A stretch of DNA of 20,000 bases from Lama guanicoe (taxonomy: Eukaryota), in assembly GCA_013239625.1 (NCBI GenBank), contig MU054323.1, positions 20,904,992-20,924,991 of the forward strand. The letters are read 5' to 3'. The translations under genes and the position numbers were made by a program. Below the pieces are notes generated by a model. The model saw only the letters and a program-made list of their open reading frames with translations. It was not told where the DNA came from and made no database searches. Position 1 is the stretch's first letter; each line of letters opens with the position of its first letter. Shown in pieces: positions 1 through 9,195 of the stretch.

Positions 1-589
1 CGCTTTGTCACTAGTACTGATATTTAGCACTACTTGGGAACCAGGGGTGGAAGCACATGGCACAAACATGCAACCAGACCTTGCTACTGCATTAACATCT
101 GTCCTCAGACAGATGTGGGAGGCAAAAACACACGGGGTCAGAATAAATTACAGGCAGGAGAATGAACCACACTGATCCAGAATGGGTCAGATCAGAGAGC
201 AGCTGATTTCTGAAGATTCCCAGAATCCACTCAGCAGAACCACCTGGGTGATCTCTGTATCGAATCAACCTCTACAACTGGTGTTCACTGTCATAAAAAA
301 ATCATGACTTTGGAAATTTGAGGAAGGAATAAGAAAAAGAAGGGGAAAATGCTGGAGTATTAAAAAGCAGACTTCATTTCACTTATTTTCATTGCTTTTG
401 TTATACCACCCAATTCCTAGATTTTATCCTACTGAGTATTAAACAAAGATCTTTCAGGTTGGATCTGATTTGGTATTGTTAGGACTTGGGTCTGCATTCT
501 TTGGATTCATAAAGGTGATGGCCTTTTAATTTTGACACTGGAAATAAAATATTTTCCTATCAAATAGTAATATTTGGGTGTGCTGATAG

Positions 590-1000
590 GGAGCAATCTT
601 TAAGGTATAATGCTAAGTGAAAAAAAGCAAGGAGCAAAACAGTATGTGAAACATGCTTTCATCTGCATTAAAAAAGAAAATGCATTCACATATATACACA
701 CACCCCACACACACTCTCATAGAAGGGTTCAGGAGGTAGAGTGCTGGGCTCAAGTTTTAGTTTTGTTCTTACTATCTCTGTGGCCTTTGGTAAGTCACTT
801 ACCTAACGTTTCTAAGTCTCAGTTTCTTCATCCACAATATGTGGATGATAATAGGGCTTGAGGAAGGATTAAATGAGATAATGCATGTGAAATAACCACT
901 TACAAAAGTTCACTGCTATTAGGATTGGATTATTTTATGCATGGATATTTTCTGGAAGGATTCAAAAGAAATTGTTAACACTGGTTGCCTAAAGGGTCTT
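590..1000 (+). mobile_element. Old L1 (L1ME/L1MC-like) 3' UTR fragment interrupted by a MIR
   Basis: ctaagtgaaaaaaagcaaggagcaaaacagtatgtg and tttctggaaggattcaaaagaaattgttaacactggttgcct resemble recalled L1M 3' end consensus. Boundaries approximate. Confidence 0.55.
730..925 (+). mobile_element. MIR SINE
   Basis: Core-like gtaagtcacttacct...tctcagtttcttcatc...gaggaaggattaaatgagataatgcatgtgaaa. Confidence 0.75.
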
Positions 1001-1095
1001 TGAAAGGAGAGGAAGAATATTTCTTCTAATTAAAAAAAAAAGGCAGTATATGCACTTCCTGGAAGTGAGCAATGAATGTACCACACACAGGCAGA
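995..1095 (+). repeat. Segment A: source copy of a local dispersed duplication (second copy at 1518-1622)
   Basis: ggtctttgaaaggagagg...ccacacacaggcaga is identical to 1518-1622 except for an extra GAAA after the A10 run in the second copy. Confidence 0.97.
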
Positions 1096-1359
1096 AATCT
1101 CTACCATCCTCTGTTCATATGACAAGACTGACCTCTTAGAGGGTTTCTTCCAAGAACAGATTTGTTACAGGAATGCACTGTCCACACATTAAAATAAAGC
1201 CACAAATGCTACAGTACTTGTGAAATACACTATAGAAAAGAAATGTCCCTTATGCAATATGCTCACATGTCCGGGGGTTAGAATTCACTACTATCAAAAG
1301 ACCAAAAACAAACAAAACAAACAAACAAAAAATCCAGCTATGATCCTGTACATAAATAC

Positions 1360-1492
1360 CTGTATGTAGAAAGGAATTCCAGCACTGCGTCTTGTAGCAC
1401 AGAGTTTAGATGAAGGATCACTGCATTTAATTTCCTCTAAAACATTCCATAACCACTGTTCTGGTAGCTTCTGCAGACTCACATTAGGGCAT
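1360..1492 (-). CDS. THADA: THADA internal coding exon (133 nt, phase 2 to phase 0), probably equivalent to human exon 23; encodes (R)CPNVSLQKLPEQWLWNVLEEIKCSDPSSKLCATRRSAGIPFYIQ
   Basis: The translation matches the THADA DUF2428 region as I recall it, including the RRSAG(I/L)P motif conserved with yeast Trm732. Minus-strand acceptor ...tatgtatgccttttAG (1493-1494) and donor CAG|GTattt (1358-1359). Lies within ORF-track entry 1294..1503. Confidence 0.96.
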
Positions 1493-1515
1493 CTAAAAGG
1501 CATACATAAAGCAAA
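1466..1515 (+). repeat. Segment B: 50-bp direct repeat, copy 1 (spans the exon 5' end and acceptor)
   Basis: agcttctgcagactcacattagggcatctaaaaggcatacataaagcaaa is identical at 1622-1671. Confidence 0.97.
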
Positions 1516-1517
1516 AA

Positions 1518-1622
1518 GGTCTTTGAAAGGAGAGGAAGAATATTTCTTCTAATTAAAAAAAAAAGAAAGGCAGTATATGCACTTCCTGGAAGTGAGCAAT
1601 GAATGTACCACACACAGGCAGA
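1518..1622 (+). repeat. Segment A': templated insertion copied from 995-1095
   Basis: Direct-orientation near-identical copy lying between the two 50-bp repeats. Confidence 0.95.
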
Positions 1623-1671
1623 GCTTCTGCAGACTCACATTAGGGCATCTAAAAGGCATACATAAAGCAAA
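1622..1671 (+). repeat. Segment B': 50-bp direct repeat, copy 2 (duplicate acceptor plus first 27 exon nt)
   Basis: Exact copy of 1466-1515, offset by 156 bp. Duplicate AG at 1649-1650 on the minus strand. Confidence 0.97.
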
Positions 1672-2779
1672 CACTTGGAATTATCAGGAACCAAAAAGTA
1701 AAGGTAGACACTATTGCTATACATTAACACTGTTGGAAAAGAATAAATATTCCTACATTTGGACATTGGATTCCTACACTTTCTACTTTTCACCTCCTTT
1801 CTTCTTTATAATGGGTCTTAGGATTTGAAGCTATTACAGATTCCATTTCTTACAAAATCACACAGAGCATGTGTCTCATCTGTAAATAAGCTTTAATATC
1901 TAGGCCTGCACCACATTCAAAATGTTCTGGAAGTTAATCAAGCTCTCATTAACGTTCTGTATTGTGAAACTCCAGATTTCCAACAAGGAGAATATAACCT
2001 TACAGTTTATTGTAATTTATATTCCACATTTATAGAGATTATACATATTAAAAAAACACATTTTAAAGTATATTTTAGTAATCATTTTATCTCTCTCAAA
2101 GTGTGGTTCATCACAACTAAAATATTCATCCAGAGCCTGTGGAGAATTAATAAAGTAAGTTATTTAGAAAGATTCGTAAACATTTTGAAATTATTTGGAC
2201 ATTACTGTTAGTGAGATTCTGCTCTATTATATTAACTGCTACTCTAGAGTGCTTAAAAATATTTGACTTTCAAAAAATTTTTCAACTTATGTCCTACTAA
2301 ATTACGTAACATTATCCTAAGAAATAGTGTGTTTAGTGGTAAACCATTTTAGGAAGATCATAACTGGATTCAACTAAAATTAGTATGAAAATAAAAAGAT
2401 CAAGTCCAAAGGAAAGTACTCTCTCTTTTTTAAACTAAAGAAGACAGTCTGCAGAAAGGTAATCCGTTACCTCCCTCCTGCTGCTTCCCACTCAGCTCCC
2501 TCAGCCACCAGAACCAACCATCAATAGTCTGAACACCAACGTTCAAAGAGATTCAAAGGCATAACAACCAAATGCAAAGTCTGAGCCTTGTTTAGATTCT
2601 AACTTGAAAAAAAAAAACTGTAAAAAAGATATTTTCAAATAACAGAGGAAATTTATATATGTACTAGATACCATATGACACCAAGGAATCATTTTAGGAT
2701 GTGCCAATGACATTTGTGAATTCAAAACACAGAAAGAAGGTTTATATTAAGAAACACAATTTAAAAAATCAATAATTAG

Positions 2780-3635
2780 AACAGAAGTTCACTCCATATG
2801 AAGCTTAATTTTCTGGAGCAGTCTGACAAAAATCTTAAAATAACTGTTTAGAATACTTAAGAGCTAAATGAAGGAATAATTTCTATTTAAAAAAGAACAA
2901 GAAATTATGAAAACCAGGCAGTACTGAAGTAAGAATAGGCATCTATGAAAATAAAGATATTGGAAATACTGGTAATGAAAATACACTTTCAAAATTTAAA
3001 AAAATAACAGATAAGATGAATTCTAGGGAATTACTGACTTAGAAGACAGTTTTCTGGAAAATGTACCCAAAATAGTACACAGAAGGATAAAAACACAAAA
3101 TATACACATGTTATATATATATATGTGTGTGTAATATACACATACATATACACATACATACATACGATAGTTTGAGAGACTCTAATTTCATCTAACAGGA
3201 ATTACAAAAAGCAGGAATCGAATGATTACTAGGAGAAAAATACTCAAAGAGATAGCTAAACATTTTCCAGAACTGAAGAAAGTCACAAAGCCTCAGATTC
3301 AAAGTATCTTCCAAGTACCTACTTCATGTAAATAAATTCATACCTAGACATATCATGGTGAAATTTTGATTAAAAGAAAATTTTATCACAAGATGGGGGG
3401 AAAAAAGTATATCTACAAAGGAACACCTATTATACCAAAGACAAGTTTCTCTTTGGCAATAATAAGAGATGCAATATCTTTAAAGCACTGAGGAAAAATA
3501 ACTGTCAACCAGAATTCTATATGCAGCTAAACTACATTCGAAAGTAGAGATAAGATAAAGACAGAGACATAAGAGGAGTCTGGCTCCCAGAGTTCCACAC
3601 AAAAAGAAATCCTAAAGGACATACTTCAACAAAGT
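2780..3635 (+). mobile_element. Degenerate L1 ORF1-type remnant (HAL1/L1M5-like) with an internal TA/CA microsatellite
   Basis: A-rich with ORF1-like motifs: cattttccagaactgaagaaag, cctcagattcaaag, catacctagacatatcatggtgaaa, aactgtcaaccagaattctatatgcagctaaactacattc, ctaaaggacatacttcaac. Confidence 0.72.
3096..3165. repeat. Compound (TA)n/(TG)n/(CATA)n simple repeat
   Basis: tatatatatatatgtgtgtgtaatatacacatacatatacacatacatacatac. Confidence 0.8.
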
Positions 3636-3649
3636 AAATCCAGAGCAGT

Positions 3650-4320
3650 CCCAATGCGGTGCCTACCTTATGCCTCACATTTAATATGTCCCAAACTAAA
3701 CTCCTGATCTTCCTCCATAAAGCTACTGTACTACAGTCTTCCCCATTCTAGTATATGAATAACGTAACTTAGGCCAAACATTTTAGAGTCATCCTTCCTC
3801 TCAAATACCATATTCAATCTGTTATCATCTTCTGTCTTTCTGTCTTCAAATTGCATTGATTCAGATCACGTTTTACTATCTCTACCACTCTCCAAACCAT
3901 CACCGTCCCTTTCTTAAGTTACAATAATACAATAACTTCCTAATTAGTCTTTTTGCTTTTACTATTGCAATCTGTTCTCAACATAGCAGTCAAAGTAATC
4001 ATTTTGAAGGACTAGATCATGACATTCCTCTGTTCACAAACTCGCCAATGACCCCCCATTTTACTCAGAATAAAAGCCAAAGTCCTTACTATGTCTTACA
4101 ATAGTCCTCATTACCTCTCTAATCTTACCTACAACTACTTCACTTACTCACTCCACTCACAAATGGTTTACGAGCTATTCATTAAATACCCTAAGTCCAT
4201 GCCTCCCAAGACTTTTGTACCTGACCTTCTCTATGTCTGGAATGCTTTTCCTCCAGCTATACAACTGTTGATGACAGTGTTCACTATACTTATCAACACA
4301 TTCAAATCTTTCATACTAAT
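3650..4320 (+). mobile_element. L2 LINE fragment (3' part of ORF2/3' region)
   Basis: atgtcccaaactaaactcctgatcttcc, tagagtcatcctt, gatcatgacattcctctgttca, ctcagaataaaagccaaagtccttac and tctggaatgcttttcctccag match recalled L2 consensus. Confidence 0.8.
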
Positions 4321-4334
4321 TTTAATCTAGCAGA

Positions 4335-4435
4335 GAGACAGAGAGAGAGAGAAGTTAAATAATTTGCTCAAGGTTTATAGCTAACAAGTGACAGAGGGAG
4401 AATCAAAAATGTAGATTGACACCACAGCCCTTGTT
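4335..4435 (-). mobile_element. MIR fragment
   Basis: gagaagttaaataatttgctcaaggtttatagctaacaagtgacagag is the reverse-orientation MIR core. Confidence 0.65.
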
Positions 4436-6269
4436 TAATAAATTAAAGGCATTATTTCAAAGTGCCTGCCCTAAATGCTCAGATACACAGTTGGCTTGAT
4501 CTGGTTCATGATAGAGATATTATCCACTCTCTTATTATTTGCTTCAGTGGATTTCATTCATTCATTTAGAAAAAAAAAAGATTAAGTTACTTGGCACTAA
4601 TGCTGTGCCCTAGGAAAGGAGCAGTCAAATAAAAATTCCAAATTAGACATAATTCAGAAAGCATGTTTCTGCATCTAGAATGCATTACCAGAGTACACTG
4701 TTTTAAGGACTGCCTTCCTAACCATGTTTCAGTCAGATTACTTTTTAGGTTGATTTCAGTCCCTGAATATCTACCATCAGAGTAGGGGCTAAAGCAGTTT
4801 TGAAACAAACTGGTGATACGGATGGAAAGCTAGCTCGAGAATTAAAATATCTTACAGAAAATCCACTCAGTGGATAGCCTACTTGTGACTGACTTGAGGT
4901 CAACTGTGTCTTATTCATTCTGGAGGTGCTCCAACTCCCTTAGACAAGTGGGGACATTTATTACTGTTAATAAACTGTTTCCTTACATTAACCGAATGAC
5001 TCATTGCTGGCCTAATGAAATTATTTCACCTTCAAACACAAAGCAACTAATTTCACATTTTAAATGTGAAATACATTTAAAGCCAACATATGAAGCAAAA
5101 TTCCCAGAAAATTATCAAGACTCAACTGCCAGGAAATTAATTATGTGTAACTGAACTAAAGGTTAAGCCCCTACCAATATCTTCATTTCCCAAATAACAA
5201 CTTACAAAGCTGTTATCACTAAGGATTTTTAGCACAAGGAAGTAAATCCTTTCCCACAAACACACTTTTATTTTGTCAGCTTTAAGAGCAACTTCAAATA
5301 AAAATGTATTCAAATAAATAAGTTATTGGGTACAGAAGAGTAAATGTCAATAAAAACAAACCTATTTATTTACTGATTGTTAATAAACTTTTACCTCACT
5401 ATGGTTCCTTATATCACTTTCCTTTTCACTTGCTAATCATTTAGATAATTCTAATAATGAAAAGAAAAATCAGTTTGTTTTTGGAACAAAACCAGGATTT
5501 GTCCCTGATTAGTAATGGTCTGATATACATCACAAAGACCTAGAGTATTATTCCCTCAGAGTACAGATGAAAACAGGAAACTGGAAAACATGTACTTTTC
5601 TTCATTTAAAAAAAAAAAAACGAAGTTTTCAGGAAAAGTAGAAGAAAGATAAGCTGATAATTTCAGAATCACCTCCAAACCTCTAACATATTAATGTTGT
5701 TACAAGGAATTCCACTTTCCTCGCTCACCCAAGTTCAAAGTTTTGCAAAGCAAAGTTTTTGGCTGCCTATAACATAAAAAAACAGGTCAGATTATTGATT
5801 TTAAACTAGAGTAGGAAGAAGGGCTATATCCTTCTACTCAGAGAATATATATTTCAGGTTTAAAAGAAAAAAAATTCACAATGTAAAAAAAAAAGGTGTT
5901 TGCTTTTCATAAGTTTAAATATTCCATGCACTAGTCTAAAATCATCTACTGATGATACTGAACAAATTGACCTAAGTTTCCAAGAACAAGTAGAAAATGA
6001 GTCAGGAGGAGGATAAAGGCAGCTATGAGAGATATAGCACACTTTCTGAGAACCGAAACTTTTTTTCCATTTATTTTATACTGATGTAGCTTCTCATTTG
6101 TCCCAACCAGTCCTTCGCCTCTCTTCCATGCAATGCTATAATACACACATATGTACTTTATTTGTTGATCATCTTAAAGCTACTTACTAGGGTCCACACT
6201 TACTCATGTTTGTACAATTCCCAAGATACCTTTTTTTTTTTAACCCATTTGAATGGAGCCTTTCAGAAA

Positions 6270-6705
6270 ACAAACAACCCCCCATCGATTTCCAGGGAGC
6301 ACCACATCCAAACTTCTTATCCTAGCTCACCAAGCCCTACATATTTGGACCACCCCGCTCAGCTTCATCTTATACCATTCTGTTCTTTAAATACACCAAA
6401 GGCTTTTACATTAGTTGCTCCCATTGCTTGGAAAGCTCTTCCCTCAAAAAGCTGTTGCTTCTTGTCATCCAAGCTCACTTTAGTGTAGGAGGAAAGAGAG
6501 ATTTTTTCCTTACCACCAAACTTTATTACATCAGAATATATATTGCTGTCTGATAGTTTGTTATTATTTTCTAGATGTGCTCTAAAATATAAACTCCCTA
6601 TCAAGGACACACTCTGTCCTATTCACCTCTTTATTCCCCACACCCAGAACAGGGCCTGGCATCCAACAGGGAACTCAATAAATATCTGTGGAATATACGA
6701 ACAAC
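6270..6705 (+). mobile_element. L2 LINE 3' end
   Basis: ccaaacttcttatcctagctcaccaagccctacat ... ccagaacagggcctggcatccaacagggaactcaataaatatctgtggaat (typical L2 tail). Confidence 0.75.
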
Positions 6706-7279
6706 TTATGACTTACCGACTCCATGAAGTGTACCATTCTAAAGCACAAGGCTGACAAAGAAAGAGGGTATAGTAACTAGAAAAGAAAGTATAAACAAAA
6801 GTGCTTTCCAATGATAAGAGCCACCATTAGAGGCAGGTGTTCCAATTCCTTAACTTCCTCAGACAGGTATAAACACATTCAGAGTCTCCACATACCAAGG
6901 TCATAGCATTGATATGAAGATACTCTCTACTGAAATCCCCAAGTAGCCAAAGTCAGCTTTGTTAGCCTAAGTACTATCTCAAGAGATAACTGTTTTCCAA
7001 GACTGAAAAACAAAACCAAGGACAGCATTCAAAACCCAACAGAGGGTTCAGGTTTGTGTAAAGTATGTATTTAACTAAGGTTTACACAGTTATGAACATG
7101 GGTTAGAAACCATGTTTCAAATGACCAATGTTTCTGAATTCCAGAAATATAGTATTTAATACCAGGTTATAAGCATTTCCCTTCTCTCTTAAGGCTCCTC
7201 AGGAGACCAGACCTGTGCCTACAACTATTTCCTCTCAAATATTTTTCTCAAATATGTATTTCTCAAATACATATCTCTA

Positions 7280-7378
7280 GTAAGAATGACCAATGTCCCT
7301 GTCTGCCAAGGACAGAGGGGTTCCCAGAATGCTGGATTTCCATGCTAAAAAATTGGAGGAGTCCCAGGGCATCCTATC
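7280..7378. mobile_element. MER81-like hAT-Blackjack DNA transposon relic
   Basis: atgaccaatgtccctgtctgccaaggacagagggggttcccagaatgctggatttccatgctaaaa resembles recalled MER81 consensus. Confidence 0.6.
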
Positions 7379-7384
7379 TCTAAC

Positions 7385-7775
7385 TCTGACCCCTTCCCTC
7401 TCCCAATCTTTGGCCTGTATTTCCAACTGTCTGCTGTCCCACTAGGCATCAACATCAACTCAAATTCAACAAGTCTAAAGTATTATCCTGCCTCGCATCA
7501 GGCTCTTCTTCTTACCATGCTTATTTGTTAATGCATTAATTATTCTTCCCATAACTTGGGGCAGACAGCTCAGAAAGTAGACTTTTTTCTTGGTCTTCCA
7601 TTTCTGCCTTATAAGTTATCTAATTTATTTCTCTAATATCAAAGATTAAAATGCTAAGCTGGAAGTTCCTCTAGGAACAAGAACCATGTTTTACTAATAT
7701 TTCATCCTCCTACAGTGCCTACCTATTATAATTTCTTACATACAGCAAGTGATCAATGTACTTCTGTTGAACTGC
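7385..7775 (+). mobile_element. L2 fragments including a 3' tail
   Basis: ctgtatttccaactgtctgctg, aactcaaattcaacaagtctaaa, and tail aagttcctctaggaacaagaaccatgtttt...cagtgcct...gatcaatgtacttctgttgaactg. Confidence 0.55.
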
Positions 7776-7789
7776 TAATCTCTGAAGCA

Positions 7790-7925
7790 GAATGAAGTTC
7801 AAAAAAACTATCTGGATTCTATTGCTGGGTCTGTCACCAACTAGTTGTGTAGCTATGGACAAATCATTTGATTCTCAATGCCTAAGAATGAAAATAAAAT
7901 AATTATAAAAATGCTTTGAAATTCA
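7790..7925 (+). mobile_element. Degenerate MIR fragment
   Basis: ctggattctattgctgggtctgtcaccaactagttgtgtagctatggacaaatcattt. Confidence 0.55.
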
Positions 7926-8149
7926 GTGAGATATTATCTGGGTTAATATTCCAAACAGAAAAAGCAGTGACCCTAAATTATGCAAGTACCCGAAGTTCCT
8001 GATGAGACTGTCCCCCAAATACCTCATCATGGCCCCACACAAGCCCAGTCCCTTGTTCAGGTCTTCACATGCCTTTTTTAGTTCTACAGAGTTAAATGTT
8101 TTCAATTTAGATCCTAATAATTGTCTCTAGGTTCACAGCAACTCTGGCT

Positions 8150-8243
8150 TACCACATCGTATTCTCAATGGTTGAACAGTGTTTCTAACATGGCATCTGG
8201 CACAGTAGATGTTGAAGAAATCATTTGTTGAATGAATAAATAA
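8150..8243 (+). mobile_element. L2 3' tail fragment
   Basis: tctaacatggcatctggcacagtagatgttgaagaaatcatttgttgaatgaataaataa. Confidence 0.6.
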
Positions 8244-9034
8244 GGACCAACGAGTGCTGGAGCCAGCTGCTGCCCATTAGCTGTGCCTTCAGTCAGGCAG
8301 ATAATTGAAAAACTAGGTGTAGAAAAGGAGGGCTGAAATTTTAAAGCTCCTCAACAGTGAAGTCACTGTGCCTATAAAAACACAATATTAGCCTAACCTA
8401 GAGTTCTGACTATTCAATGAACCCTCTGTCTACTCCCCAGCAAAAAAAGATTACTTTATAAGGAAACGATTTCAAAACTCCAGAGCTGCTGGTGTTTATG
8501 ATAATGAAGGGATTGAGAGGTAAAAACGGAACCACACAAGGCTCCCAAGAACAATGTGACCAACTCTTAGCTGTTTGTTTTGATTCCTCATCACACAACG
8601 CAGGGACAGCAAGGAAAAGGGGAGGTTCCCGAGTAACAGGGTTCGTGGTTCACTGTGCCAGCTCCAGGGAGACACCAGCCACAACCATGGGGATTCCACG
8701 CCCACTTTTGTCAGCAAGAGCCTCTCCACTAAAACAGAAGACATCCTCTCTGTCTGAAGGCTCTTTTGTTTTATACAAAAAAAAATTAATACAAAATACA
8801 CTGCATCTTTACTCTGACTACATCATAAAAACTGCAACTTTCTTACAAGGGCTTCAAACTCTTCATAAGCAACCCTCACTAAATGTTATTATCACAAAAT
8901 ACTCCTAAGAAATCAGTCTAGCAGTTCTAAAGCACATTTACTAAAAATGTATCAAACTTCCTTCAGTCTTTCATACTCCAAATCCCCAGACTTTCCCAGT
9001 CAGAAACTAGAAAGCAGCATTGCATAATGAGTAG

Positions 9035-9195
9035 AATGCGCAGAACTGAAAAAGCCTTAGAAAGCTGAATCCTCTTATTTTATCAAAGAGGACACAGCAG
9101 CCCAGAGGGGTTACATGGCTTTCCTAGCGTCAACAAAGCTGGTCGGTGGTACTAGGCTCTAATTCATATCTCAATATTCTTTCATCTACACTCTG
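9035..9195 (-). mobile_element. MIR-family fragment
   Basis: cctcttattttatcaaagaggacacagcagcccagaggggttacatggctttcctagcgtcaacaaagctggt. Confidence 0.55.

Noticed and set aside
1300..1332. (AAAC)n-like tract near the exon donor, and a similar tract at ~9288-9320
   Set aside because: Ordinary simple repeats.
1..1359. Search for the next THADA exon (ALLASEPKK...)
   Set aside because: No matching minus-strand sequence was seen; it presumably lies outside the window. The preceding exon was likewise not found in 15371-20000.
1294..1503. 69-aa ORF as a standalone gene
   Set aside because: It is the THADA exon plus in-frame intronic flanks (MPF and VFMYR...); the true boundaries are 1360-1492.
1466..1671. 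Interpretation as a mobile element with target-site duplication, or as a CRISPR-like repeat-spacer-repeat unit
   Set aside because: Only two repeats, 50 bp long; the insert is a copy of adjacent intron with no TE hallmarks; the context is mammalian. Template switching or misassembly is simpler.
1577..1828. 83-aa + strand ORF beginning in the inserted segment
   Set aside because: Chimeric by-product of the insertion, antisense to THADA, with no homology that I recognise.
4091..6755. Several 60-108 aa ORFs
   Set aside because: They overlap decayed L2 or AT-rich intron, have low-complexity composition and show no coding signature.
8492..8908. Longest ORF in the track (138 aa, + strand) and the overlapping 101-aa minus-strand ORF
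   Set aside because: No recognisable protein family, non-ATG start for the + ORF, no evident splice or promoter context; compatible with chance in a locally GC-richer intron.
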